A DNA stretch of 64,000 bases, taken from positions 1 through 64,000 of the forward strand of contig JAVJQW010000008.1 of the NCBI GenBank assembly GCA_040218735.1, given 5' to 3'. Of this stretch, positions 1 to 11,385 are shown one piece after another. Below the pieces are notes generated by a model, which made no database searches, was not told the DNA's origin, and saw only the letters and a program-made list of their open reading frames with translations. A program made the translations under genes and the position numbers. This stretch comes from Deltaproteobacteria bacterium. Its GTDB lineage: Bacteria > Myxococcota > Kuafuiibacteriia > Kuafuiibacteriales > Kuafuiibacteriaceae. Position 1 is the first letter of the stretch. The number at the start of each line of letters is the position of its first letter.

Positions 1-153
1 CGTCTCGTGCTCGTAGACGTAACCTTGTTTCCGGCGGATCCACAGGAATCCGTGTGGCTCGAATTCAGCATCGCACCTCAGGAAACTCAGTACGTCATAG
101 TGGTCGCCTTCAGCTCAGAGATGGAGATCAGCAGAATCGACGTGGAAAGCTAG
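1..153 (+). CDS. Partial (3' end) integron cassette ORF; C-terminus resembles DUF2004-like proteins
   Basis: Frame 1 is open from base 1 to TAG at 151-153 (RLVLVDVTLFPADPQESVWLEFSIAPQETQYVIVVAFSSEMEISRIDVES*), 33 bp upstream of attC1. Family resemblance is from memory only. Confidence 0.55.
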   Translation, partial: RLVLVDVTLFPADPQESVWLEFSIAPQETQYVIVVAFSSEMEISRIDVES

Positions 154-186
154 CACTCGACCAGCATGACCAGCAATAATGCGGCA

Positions 187-250
187 GCCCAACATGATGA
201 TGAAGACGGACAGGGGCTTCGCCCCTGCCGCTTATCATCGGGTGTTGGGC
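187..250 (+). mobile_element. Integron attC site 1
   Basis: GCCCAAC (RYYYAAC) at 187 and GTTGGGC (GTTRRRY) at 244-250. The internal imperfect stem gatgatgaagacggacaggggc-ttc-gcccctgccgcttatcatc has unpaired extra bases. Confidence 0.9.
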
Positions 251-346
251 AGACCAGCGGGGCTTATAGAAGATGTCATCTAGGCCGAGTCGAGTGCATA
301 CGGTACTCGAGTACTACGATGGGCCCCATGATCGATATGCCGTGCC
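251..346 (+). other. Gene-less (non-coding) integron cassette body, 96 bp
   Basis: Lies between attC1 and attC2, has no credible ORF and contains several palindromes. Confidence 0.65.
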
Positions 347-410
347 GGCTAACATGATGATGAAGACGGACAGGGGCTTCGCCCCTGCCGCTTATCATCG
401 GGTGTTAGGC
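347..410 (+). mobile_element. Integron attC site 2
   Basis: GGCTAAC...GTTAGGC; the interior is identical to attC1. Confidence 0.9.
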
Positions 411-471
411 ATTCGGGTTCGGGACCTCAAGCCAATCCGAAGCACTAAGTGATGCCGAGCACTTAACAGGC

Positions 472-501
472 TTGTCCGATGCCACTCCCAGGTGCGACAC
501 T
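472..501 (+). promoter_or_regulatory. Possible internal promoter of the TA cassette
   Basis: TTGTCC (472-477), 18-bp spacer, TGn-GACACT (496-501), 6 nt before the antitoxin GTG. TA cassettes are known to carry their own promoters. Confidence 0.3.
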
Positions 502-507
502 CCTTGC

Positions 508-732
508 GTGGGCAAAGCAGCCGTAGAGATCGACGCCCTCAGCAAGAACGAACGTCTTGAGCTCATCGAGCGGCTCTGGGACAGCCTGGACCAGGCGGAG
601 GATGTGTCGGTAACGGCAGCGCAGCGTCAGGAGCTTCGCCGGCGCGAGGACGCACTCGACGTTGGCGAGCTGCGAACGCTGCCCGCGGAGGACGTCCTCA
701 GCGCGATTCGATCTCGACGTGTTCCGCGTTGA
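508..732 (+). CDS. Putative addiction-module antitoxin (TIGR02574/Unstab_antitox-like)
   Basis: LSKNERLELIERLWDSL...QRQELRRR pattern; overlaps the downstream ParE-like gene; inside a cassette. Confidence 0.85.
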   Translation: MGKAAVEIDALSKNERLELIERLWDSLDQAEDVSVTAAQRQELRRREDALDVGELRTLPAEDVLSAIRSRRVPR

Positions 733-1014
733 AATCTCCGACATCGCCGCGCTCGAACTGACGGACGCGTTTGACTGGTATGAATCCCGTGAGGAGGGAC
801 TGGGTCAGCGGCTCCTCAACGAGTTCGACGCCGTTCTCGCGACACTTCACGAGCGGCCGCTGATGCATCGGATTGTCGAAGGAGCCACGCGCCGCGCCCT
901 GCTCGCAAGTTTCCCTATGGTGTCTTCTTCAAGGTCGTCGATGAAAAGGTGGTCATCACCTCCTTCTTCCACGCGAGCCGTGATCCTCATAGGAGACTGG
1001 ACCGCGAGCCCTGA
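719..1014 (+). pseudogene. RelE/ParE-family toxin, frameshifted near 904
   Basis: N-terminal half VFRVEISDIAALELTDAFDWYESREEGLG...RRALL continues in the -1 frame as KFPYGVFFKVVDEKVVITSFFHASRDP...* (TGA 1012-1014). Adding one base near 904 restores a typical ParE. Confidence 0.8.
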
Positions 1015-1027
1015 GATAGTGCGCGAT

Positions 1028-1089
1028 GCCTAACATAATGATGAAGACGGACAGGGGCTTCGCCCCGCAGCTTATCATCGGTGTTACGT
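1028..1089 (+). mobile_element. Integron attC site 3
   Basis: GCCTAAC...GTTACGT, close variant of attC1/2. Its R'' GCCTAAC is the exact reverse complement of the GTTAGGC that opens this cassette. Confidence 0.88.
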
Positions 1090-1104
1090 GGACTGGAGCG
1101 CACC

Positions 1105-1377
1105 GTGGAATCGATTCGATGGTTCGTGTTTGCGGTTGCAGCGTCGTTCTCTCTGCTTCTCATCATCGGCAACCCCGTCACGGCCTACCTTGCTACCCGC
1201 AGAGGTCGATCCTATTCCTGAGTGCCACTTCTCGGTGGCGCCTCCGGTGTCGCCGCCTGCCTCGCCTGCCCCTTAGTTGGTCTCTCGTGGTGGGCGTTGC
1301 TTCCGCTTGCACTCGATTTCTCGGTCCCCATGAGTATTGCCTCCGCCACAGCCGCGATGCTCCGGGCGTACGAATAG
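1105..1377 (+). pseudogene. Small membrane-protein cassette gene with an in-frame TGA at 1219-1221
   Basis: GGAG RBS then GTG at 1105: MESIRWFVFAVAASFSLLLIIGNPVTAYLATRRGRSYS*VPLLGGASGVAACLACPLVGLSWWALLPLALDFSVP...YE*. Hydrophobic reading continues across the stop. Confidence 0.6.
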
Positions 1378-1380
1378 CTA

Positions 1381-1447
1381 GTCCAACGAGGGAACCGCGC
1401 CGAGTCGCGCATGCGGTGCGCTGAGACCCCCGCGATGACCGTCAGGC
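1381..1447 (+). mobile_element. Possible degenerate terminal attC
   Basis: GTCCAAC 3 nt after the ORF stop and GTCAGGC (one mismatch to GTTRRRY) at 1441-1447, with a weak central hairpin. Not similar to attC1-3. Confidence 0.3.
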
Positions 1448-1665
1448 GCCGGCCCAGCAAAGCCGATCGACGGGAGGCATTGCCAATGTGAGCAACCGCG
1501 CTGATCCTTTACACGCGGCCGGGGTCATCCTTCACATACTGAACACCGTTGACTGAGCTGAAGTGCGATGCTCGCGCGCCGGAGATTCGACGCTCAAAGG
1601 ACTCGACCGCCCATCATTGCCCACCGCTAGGCTACCGCCCTTCGTTCCTGCATCATCCCCGCCGA

Positions 1666-2454
1666 ATGAAGTGGTTCCCGTTCGGCAAGAAGCACCCGCC
1701 CAAAGTCCCCGACGCCTGGGACTTCTATCCCTGCCAGGTCGACCATCACCCCGCGTCGATCTTCCTCAACCTCGCCTACGCGGACTTTGCTCCCATCGAA
1801 ACCCACCCCACGTTCCTGTGGATCGGCCTGCAGATCCTCGAACCCGACGACCACGGGATGGGGCACCGCGACGATGCCGAGAAGCTCCACGCCATCGAAG
1901 ACCGCATCGTCGAACGCGCCGAGAAGGCCGGGATGCTGTTCGTCGGGCGGCTCCGGAACAACGGCGACTGGCAACTCTCGTTCTACGGGACCGACGAACA
2001 CGAAGCCCAACTCGAACCGCTCGCCGCCGCGGGCCTCGGTGGAGAAACACGCGGCATCCACGTCGGCGCCAAACCCGATCCCGAATGGGGCTACTTCTCG
2101 GAGTTCCTCTTCCCGCCGGAAGAACGCGTGCAGTGGATGAAGAACCGCGACGTCGTCCTTCAACTCCAGCAACACGGCGACGTCCTCACCCAACCTCGGA
2201 CGATCGACCACTGCGTCGTGTTCCCGCCGGGCATCGACCCCGGCGAGTTCCTCGAGAACATTAAATCTAAAGGGTTCACGACCCACGACGTCGGCGACCC
2301 CAAGGGCGCCGAGCGCGTCTTCGAGCTCAGACGGGACGACCCCGTCGAGCTCGAACACATTCACGAGATCGCGATGCAGCTGTCCGAAGAGGTCGAAGCC
2401 GCCGGCGGGACCTACGACGGCTGGGGCTGCCCCGTCGTCACCGACGGGGACTGA
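1666..2454 (+). CDS. DUF695 + RraB-like domain protein
   Basis: WDFYPCQVD..PASIFLNL, DPEWGYF.EFL, R.IDH...F and C-terminal GGTYDGWGC. ATG at 1666 chosen as start. Confidence 0.75.
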   Translation: MKWFPFGKKHPPKVPDAWDFYPCQVDHHPASIFLNLAYADFAPIETHPTFLWIGLQILEPDDHGMGHRDDAEKLHAIEDRIVERAEKAGMLFVGRLRNNGDWQLSFYGTDEHEAQLEPLAAAGLGGETRGIHVGAKPDPEWGYFSEFLFPPEERVQWMKNRDVVLQLQQHGDVLTQPRTIDHCVVFPPGIDPGEFLENIKSKGFTTHDVGDPKGAERVFELRRDDPVELEHIHEIAMQLSEEVEAAGGTYDGWGCPVVTDGD

Positions 2455-2455
2455 A

Positions 2456-3373
2456 TCAGTAGCGCGGCACCGTGTTGTCGACCTGCTGCGACCACGCGTC
2501 GATACCACCCACCAGGTTGTAGACCTTCTTGAAGCCCTGGTTCAGGAAGTACGACGCCGCATTCTGCGCGCGCGGGCCGTGGTGGCAGTGGAAGACCAGC
2601 ACCGTGTCCTTGTCGAGACCCTCGATGTAGTTCTTCACACCGTCGTCGAGGAGCTTCGCACCCTCGATCTTCGCGACCTCCGCTTCCTGCGGCGTCCGCA
2701 CGTCGATCAGCTCGAACGCATCGCCGTTCTGCATCTTCAGCGCGAGCTCCTTCGCGTGCAACGGCTTCACCCGCGCCGGCTCGTTCGGATTCTCGATCTT
2801 GAACCCACCCGAGTCACCGTCCACGAAGTCGATCGACACACCGTTCGCACGCTGCGCCGTGCCCGCGTCGACCACGAACAACACACCGTTCGCCTCGACC
2901 TTCATGTCCCCAGGGCCGGGCGACACCAGGTCCAGACCCGGACGCCACGCCGCATCCACGATCAGACGCACCGCCTGCGCGCCGTTCTCCTGAAGCGCCC
3001 CCTTCAACGCCGCCGCCGCCGTGTCGCTCACCGTCAACGTCGGCGCCTCGACCTTCGGCTGCTCCTTGCCGAGCGCCTTGTGCAGGTCACCCGCCTCGAA
3101 CATCTGCGTGACGATGTCACAACCGCCGACGAACTCACCGTTGATGTAAAGCTGCGGAATCGTCGGCCAGTCCGAGAACTCCTTGATGCCCTGCCGAATC
3201 TCCGGGTCATCCAACACGTTCACCGTCTGGTAGTCGTCGATCACCTGGTCCAGCAGACCGACCACCTGCGCCGAGAAACCACACTGCGGCAGACGCCGGC
3301 GGCCCTTCATGAACAACACGACCGGGTTGGCCGCGATCGTCTCCGAGATCCTCTGCTTCGTCGCTTCGTTCAT
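2456..3373 (-). CDS. grxD: Monothiol glutaredoxin (Grx4, CGFS) fused to HesB/IscA-like and rhodanese domains
   Basis: PVVLFMKG...PQCGFS, WPTIPQLYINGEFVGGCD; central IDFVD..GGFKIENPN; C-terminal LIDVRTP.E...CHHGPR...NL.GGIDAWS. GAGGA RBS before ATG at 3373. Confidence 0.9.
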   Translation of the reverse strand: MNEATKQRISETIAANPVVLFMKGRRRLPQCGFSAQVVGLLDQVIDDYQTVNVLDDPEIRQGIKEFSDWPTIPQLYINGEFVGGCDIVTQMFEAGDLHKALGKEQPKVEAPTLTVSDTAAAALKGALQENGAQAVRLIVDAAWRPGLDLVSPGPGDMKVEANGVLFVVDAGTAQRANGVSIDFVDGDSGGFKIENPNEPARVKPLHAKELALKMQNGDAFELIDVRTPQEAEVAKIEGAKLLDDGVKNYIEGLDKDTVLVFHCHHGPRAQNAASYFLNQGFKKVYNLVGGIDAWSQQVDNTVPRY

Positions 3374-3383
3374 TGCTCTGTCC

Positions 3384-6236
<2,853 letters not shown>

Positions 6237-6405
6237 GGGCTGTCCTGCCGCAGGTGTTAGCGCTGCGCACGGGCGGGTACAAGGTGAAAGGTCGCCCGGG
6301 GCGGGATCTGCGTCTTAGGACGACACGGTGCGCCGTCCGACGACCCCGGCCGCCTTGACGCGGGGTCGGACCCCGCCGACGGTGCCCCCGGGAGGGCATC
6401 CAAAC

Positions 6406-6732
6406 ATGCACCGAATCATCAGTTGGGCCGTGTTCTGCCTCGCTTTCGTGGCGTTCACGGGGACATCCGCCTTCGCCGGGGACCCGGCGATCATCTGTAA
6501 ATCCGACAGTACGGGGGCCTGCAAGGGGCGCAAGTACTGCTGCTACAAGGGGAGCTCCTCGGACGGGGACAAGTACTGCAAGAACCTGGGCTGCAAACGC
6601 GGAGGGACGAGCTCGTGCCCGACCGCCGCGAACGTCAGCAGCTGCGGGACCCGCGACAAGGCCTCCGAGATGGACCTGCCGTGGTGCATCGATCCCGCGA
6701 TCGCGCGGACGTTGCCGCTGCCCGCCGAGTGA
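6406..6732 (+). CDS. Small secreted cysteine-rich protein
   Basis: GGAGG RBS and ATG at 6406; signal peptide ending AFA; 9 Cys in the mature part; Lys-rich. Confidence 0.75.
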   Translation: MHRIISWAVFCLAFVAFTGTSAFAGDPAIICKSDSTGACKGRKYCCYKGSSSDGDKYCKNLGCKRGGTSSCPTAANVSSCGTRDKASEMDLPWCIDPAIARTLPLPAE

Positions 6733-6780
6733 ACCCGCCCGGGGGCCGATCCCCGCCGCGCCCGCTGACGTACCCCTGAC

Positions 6781-7833
6781 ATGCGCGCTCGCTGCGCCGC
6801 CCCGATCCTGCTCTTCGCCTGCGCCGCAGGCACCGATCCGTCTCCGCCTCGGGCCGAGGAGGCCGTCGCGATCCACGGTCGACCCGGCGCGTTCGTCCTG
6901 GAGATCGAAGACGGGCGCATCGCCGCCCTCACGCCCACGGACTCGAAACCTCAGCGCCACCTCGTCCCCGCGTTCATCGACGCGCACGTACACCTGACCT
7001 ACGACCGCGAGGTCGTCCACGGCCTCGCCCCCGAAGACCACCAGCGCGACGACGCGCTCCTCGACGGAGGGATCGCCGCCGTCGTCGACCTCGCCGCGCC
7101 GATGCGCGCCCTCCCCCGCGACAACCGCGGACTGCGCGTGGTCGCCTCCGGGCCGATGCTCACCGCCATCGACGGCTACCCCACCAACGGGTGGGGCCAC
7201 GACGGGTACGGCCTGTTCGTCCGCACCGCCGACGAAGCCCCCGGGGCCGTCGACCGCCTCCACGACGCGGGGGCTCGGCTCGTGAAGATCCCGTTCGCCG
7301 GACGCCCCTACCTCGACGAAGCGACGCTCCGCGCGATCGTCGAACGCGCCCACGAACGCAAGATGCTCGTATTCGCGCACGCCCTCTCGGACGCCGAAGC
7401 GCGTTACGCCGGGATGCTCGGCGTCGACGTCCTCGCGCACACCCCCGTCGAGCCGCTCGACGACGAGACCGTGGAGGTCTGGAAGAACAAGGCCGTCGTC
7501 TCGACGCTCGGCGCGTTCGGCGGCACGACGAACGCCGTCGACAACCTGCGCCGCCTCGCCGCGGCCGGGGCGATCGTCCTGTACGGCACCGACCTCGGCA
7601 ACCGCCGCACCGACGGCATCGACGCCGCCGAGCTCGGGCTCCTCGCCGACGCCGGACTCGACACCGACGCGATCATCGACGCCGCCACCCGGCGCCCCGC
7701 CGAGCTGTTCGACCTCCAGCTCGGACGCCTCGAGGTCGGCGCGCCAGCCTCGTTCCTGGTGTTCGACGAGGCCCCCAGCACAGCTGAGCTCGGGCGACCG
7801 ACCGAGGTGTGGATCGACGGCGTCCGGCGCTAA
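6781..7833 (+). CDS. Amidohydrolase-family protein, possibly exported
   Basis: PAFIDAHVHL (HxH), LVKI, FAHA, LAH, YGTDLG, G.LEVGAPASFLV. Confidence 0.85.
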   Translation: MRARCAAPILLFACAAGTDPSPPRAEEAVAIHGRPGAFVLEIEDGRIAALTPTDSKPQRHLVPAFIDAHVHLTYDREVVHGLAPEDHQRDDALLDGGIAAVVDLAAPMRALPRDNRGLRVVASGPMLTAIDGYPTNGWGHDGYGLFVRTADEAPGAVDRLHDAGARLVKIPFAGRPYLDEATLRAIVERAHERKMLVFAHALSDAEARYAGMLGVDVLAHTPVEPLDDETVEVWKNKAVVSTLGAFGGTTNAVDNLRRLAAAGAIVLYGTDLGNRRTDGIDAAELGLLADAGLDTDAIIDAATRRPAELFDLQLGRLEVGAPASFLVFDEAPSTAELGRPTEVWIDGVRR

Positions 7834-7842
7834 CCTGCGCGC

Positions 7843-8778
7843 ATGAGGCCGCTCGTCGCCGCGCTGCTGCTCGCCGCCGCCTGCGGCGAAGCTCCGCTCG
7901 AAGCGGTCGTCGTGTCGTTCAACACCGGCACCACCGAGGGCCTCGCCCACGACAGCGGACCCGACGACGGCTACTCGAAGGAAGACGCGACCCGCTCCGA
8001 CACGTACTACGGCGACGGGCTCGCCTGGCCGCCCGCGATCGAGGCCGCGCGCGCATTCCTCGCCGAGGTTCAGCCGGACGTCGTCGGGATCCAGGAGATC
8101 TTCTACAGCCCGGACTGCGCGACGATCCCCCCGGAAGCACACGACCCCTTCGTGTGCACGGCGTGGTCCGTCGGCGACCCGACCGTCGCCAACGTCATCC
8201 TCGGCGCCGGCTACCGCGTCGCGTGTCACCGCGGGAAGCTCGACAAGTGCGTCGCCGTGAAGAAGTCCTTCGCGTCCATCGCCGGCTGCGACGAAGACTT
8301 CTGCGCCGAGGCGCTCGCGGGGGAGCCCAGCCCAGGCTGCGGGAGCGGCGCCCGCGTCGGCCTCGCCGAGCTCACCGTGGGTGACCGTCGCCTCGACGTC
8401 TGGCACGTGCACGGGACGTCCGGGTTCTCGGACGAGGACGTCGGGTGCCGCGCGGCGCAGTTCGAGCAGATCTTCGACGCGGTCGATCCCGCGACCCCCA
8501 CGATCGTGCTCGGCGACCTCAACACCGATCCCTTCCGACTCTTCGACGGCGACGACAGCGCCGCGGTCTTCCGACGCCGCGCCACCGCCGGGGACTTCAC
8601 ATTCCATTCGAGCGAAGGCGACCCGACCTACGCGGGCCTCTTCCAGATCGACCACGTCCTGTCGACGTTCGGTGCGGGCGGGTGTTGGTCCGCGGGGGTG
8701 ACGGAGGGTCGGCCCCGCGTCATCGAGGCGACCTACTTCGATCACCACCCGCTGGTGTGTTCGATCGCGGAGCGGTGA
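7843..8778 (+). CDS. Endonuclease/exonuclease/phosphatase-family lipoprotein
   Basis: Lipobox LAAAC; SFN, PDVVGIQE, LGDLN, IDHV, FDH motifs. Confidence 0.85.
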   Translation: MRPLVAALLLAAACGEAPLEAVVVSFNTGTTEGLAHDSGPDDGYSKEDATRSDTYYGDGLAWPPAIEAARAFLAEVQPDVVGIQEIFYSPDCATIPPEAHDPFVCTAWSVGDPTVANVILGAGYRVACHRGKLDKCVAVKKSFASIAGCDEDFCAEALAGEPSPGCGSGARVGLAELTVGDRRLDVWHVHGTSGFSDEDVGCRAAQFEQIFDAVDPATPTIVLGDLNTDPFRLFDGDDSAAVFRRRATAGDFTFHSSEGDPTYAGLFQIDHVLSTFGAGGCWSAGVTEGRPRVIEATYFDHHPLVCSIAER

Positions 8779-8790
8779 TTCGCGGCGCGG

Positions 8791-9546
8791 CTACATCGTG
8801 CCGCTGCCGAAGAGATCGATCTCGACTTCGCAGTCTTCGTCGCCGGTGCAGGTCGACAGCGTGAAGGAGGCCGTCTCCTGGATGTCCTCTACCTCCGGGA
8901 TGAACCGCGCGACGTAGCTGATCGTCTCGTTCGGGCCGATCGGGAACGTGTTGGTGCCGGAGATGGCGACGCCCGAGAACTCGACGCAGAAGGTGTTGAA
9001 CTCGTTGTCGGCGCACAGGTCGATGTTGAGCCCCGGGTCGAAGGTGACGGTGCCGCTCGTCGCCTCGCGGTTCGTGAAGGAGCTGACTTCGTCCTTCGTC
9101 GTTCCGAGCGGGACCATCCCGAAGTCGATCGACAAGTCGGAGACGCGCAACGTGGCGGGGGGCTGTGCCGTGCCGGTGACCTTCATCGTCACCGGGTCTC
9201 CGCCCTTCGGCGTGACGATGAGATCAATCGCCGAGTCACCCTCCCCGACCGGGTGATAGGTGACTTCGAGGAGCGAGCCCTCGCCCGCGGCGACCGAAGA
9301 AGGTGTGTACGAGAACTCGAACGTCAGCTGGTCGAGCGGGCGCATTTCGATGTCTTCGATCTCGAACGCGTCGCCGTTCAGGTTGGTGATCGTCGAGACC
9401 GCCTTGGAGGTGTTGCCGACCTCGACGACGCCGAAGCGAATCTCACCGGGCTCCATGAAGAGGCTCGGCGGATCGACCGAGTCGTCACCGCCTCCACACG
9501 CCGCGAGCGCAAACAAGCCGAGGGACGCTGTCCAACGAGACCGCAT
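8791..9546 (-). CDS. Lipoprotein with two Ig-like (choice-of-anchor D/ASH-like) domains
   Basis: LAAC lipobox; two F/DFG.V..G...T.N...F.P...L.G.G repeats. Confidence 0.7.
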   Translation of the reverse strand: MRSRWTASLGLFALAACGGGDDSVDPPSLFMEPGEIRFGVVEVGNTSKAVSTITNLNGDAFEIEDIEMRPLDQLTFEFSYTPSSVAAGEGSLLEVTYHPVGEGDSAIDLIVTPKGGDPVTMKVTGTAQPPATLRVSDLSIDFGMVPLGTTKDEVSSFTNREATSGTVTFDPGLNIDLCADNEFNTFCVEFSGVAISGTNTFPIGPNETISYVARFIPEVEDIQETASFTLSTCTGDEDCEVEIDLFGSGTM

Positions 9547-9607
9547 GGCCCCTACATACTTGACAGGCGCGGGGTACGGTCAACTTTGGCGACGATCACG
9601 TCCGAAT

Positions 9608-10147
9608 TCAGGGCGCCCACTTGGCGGCCATCCGCATGACCGAGGTGTCCGTGGCGTAGCTGCCGATCGCGGACTTCGCGACCCAGCGCACGTCGTGGGA
9701 CTCCTCGCTGACCACCGGCTGGGCGCCGGGCGGGGCGATGAAGGCGTACCGGACGTCGAAGTGGAAGTGCTCCGGCTCGGACTTTCGGGCGGGGATGGCG
9801 TGCACGTCGACGTCGAAGACCGCGCGGTCGAGCGGCTCGAGCGCCTCGATGCCCGACTCCTCGCGAGCCTCGCGCCACGCGACCGCGAGGACGTCCGACT
9901 CCCCGTCGGCGTGGCCGCCCGGCTGGAGCCAGAAGCCGAGCTTCTTGTGGTGGACGAGGAGCGCGTGGGTGCGGTCGTGGTCGAGGATCCAGGCGGAGCC
10001 GGTGATGTGCCCTTCGACCGTGCTGCGCTCGAAGCAGGCCGGCTCGCGGCGGACGAACTCAACGATCCGATCCAGGCTGCTTCGTTCGTGGGCGTCGAGG
10101 TCGCGGGTGGCGTGGCATTCGAGCGCGGCGAGCAGATCGGTCGACAT
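9608..10147 (-). CDS. NUDIX hydrolase
   Basis: GHITGSAW, WLQPGGHADGE...AWREAREESG Nudix box, H.HFDVRY. Confidence 0.9.
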   Translation of the reverse strand: MSTDLLAALECHATRDLDAHERSSLDRIVEFVRREPACFERSTVEGHITGSAWILDHDRTHALLVHHKKLGFWLQPGGHADGESDVLAVAWREAREESGIEALEPLDRAVFDVDVHAIPARKSEPEHFHFDVRYAFIAPPGAQPVVSEESHDVRWVAKSAIGSYATDTSVMRMAAKWAP

Positions 10148-10180
10148 GCCCGGGCGCATGGCACTCGCGGGCGGGATCGA

Positions 10181-10825
10181 TCAAGCGTCGGTGACGACCG
10201 CCATGGATCGGTCGTGGACCTTGGAGAGCAACGCCAGCGCGATCGCGGCGCCGACGAGCGCGAGGAACATGTCCCACTGCGCGTCCCAGACGTCGCCCTG
10301 GGAGCCGAGGAAGGCGTCACCGACGTCGGACGCGACGACGAGCGTGGTCCACCACTCGAGGAGCTCCCAGAACGCGCCGATCGCGAGGACGACGGAGAGC
10401 ACGAGGAAGACGAGCCAGCCGCCGCGGACGAGCGGGGTGTTCCTCAGCAGGACCTCGCGGATGATCAGCGACGGGAAGAAGCCGAGCGCGAGGTGGCCGA
10501 CGCGGTCGTAGTGGTTGCGCGACAGCTCGAAGGTGTCGCGCGCCCAGTTGCCGAGCGGGGTCTCCGCGTACGTGTAGATGCCGCCGTAGATCAGGATCAG
10601 CATGTGGAGGAACACGAACACGTAGACGATCCGGGACATCTTCGTGCGGCGGTAGGTCCCGATGAGCACGAAGACGCCGACGAGCCCCGGCCCGACCTCC
10701 AAGAGCCAGGAGAAACGGCCGGCGGGCGGATCGTAGACGGTCGCGAGGCAGATCAGCGTCAGCAGGGCCAACAACGCGATCGGGAGCCGTTCGAAGCCTT
10801 CGGGGACGGATTTGGCAGTCGCCAT
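10181..10825 (-). CDS. DUF2238 (YjdF-like) inner membrane protein
   Basis: WLLE, GG.YTYAETPLG, RNHYDRVGH, WELLEWW, FLGSQGDVWDAQWDM. Confidence 0.9.
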   Translation of the reverse strand: MATAKSVPEGFERLPIALLALLTLICLATVYDPPAGRFSWLLEVGPGLVGVFVLIGTYRRTKMSRIVYVFVFLHMLILIYGGIYTYAETPLGNWARDTFELSRNHYDRVGHLALGFFPSLIIREVLLRNTPLVRGGWLVFLVLSVVLAIGAFWELLEWWTTLVVASDVGDAFLGSQGDVWDAQWDMFLALVGAAIALALLSKVHDRSMAVVTDA

Positions 10826-10878
10826 CAGGGTGAAACTTAACCGAAAGTCGGACGATCCGCGGAGCGTCGTGTGTTGTG

Positions 10879-11349
10879 ATGGCGAAACCGATGGGTTGGT
10901 TGGCGCTGTTGTTCATCGTGGTTCCCGCGCTGGAGCTCGCGATCTTGATGAAGGTGGGCGCGCTGTTCGGCGTGCTGCCGACCTTCGGGTTGATCGTCGT
11001 CACCGGGATCGTCGGCGCGGCCCTCGCGAAGCGGCAGGGGCTGTCGGTCCTGACGCGGCTCCGGACGGACGCACAGACCGGCGCCTGGCCCGGGACGGCG
11101 ATCGCGGACGGCGCGATCATCGTCGTGGCCGGCGCGCTCCTCGTGACCCCGGGGATGCTCACCGACGTCGTGGGGTTCTCGCTGCTCGTGCCTCAGGTGC
11201 GGTCAGCGATCCGCGGTCACCTGCGGCGGCGCTTCGAGCAGGCCGTGGTCGAGGGGAGCGTGCAGACGTTCCACACGTATTCGGCGGGGCAGCAGAGCCC
11301 CCGAGCGTCCGGGCCGGTCATCGACGTCACGCCCCCGCCACGTTCCTGA
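10879..11349 (+). CDS. fxsA: FxsA-family membrane protein
   Basis: VPALELAIL..VG, T.IVG..LAK.QG, LLVTPG.LTD..G..LL.P. Confidence 0.88.
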   Translation: MAKPMGWLALLFIVVPALELAILMKVGALFGVLPTFGLIVVTGIVGAALAKRQGLSVLTRLRTDAQTGAWPGTAIADGAIIVVAGALLVTPGMLTDVVGFSLLVPQVRSAIRGHLRRRFEQAVVEGSVQTFHTYSAGQQSPRASGPVIDVTPPPRS

Positions 11350-11385
11350 GCCAAAGCGATCCAGTCCGGCGACGTACGACGACCC

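Noticed and set aside
166-357. 63-aa ORF from the ORF track (also 1026..1424)
   Set aside because: It reads through attC sequence with no coding signal. Better-supported frames explain these regions.
187-1089. Three ~63-bp direct repeats as a CRISPR array
   Set aside because: The repeats are too long, the spacers are 96 and 617 bp with one containing genes, no cas genes are present, and the RYYYAAC/GTTRRRY ends fit attC.
1219-1221. Selenocysteine or recoded TGA in the cassette gene
   Set aside because: The context suggests Trp in a membrane protein, there is no redox motif, and other genes in the window use TGA as stop. A nonsense mutation is simpler.
6237-6405. Glycine riboswitch upstream of gcvP
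   Set aside because: A GACCCCG/CGGGGTC hairpin exists, but I could not find the conserved GGAGA...CCGAAG...CTCTCAGG aptamer motifs on the minus strand.
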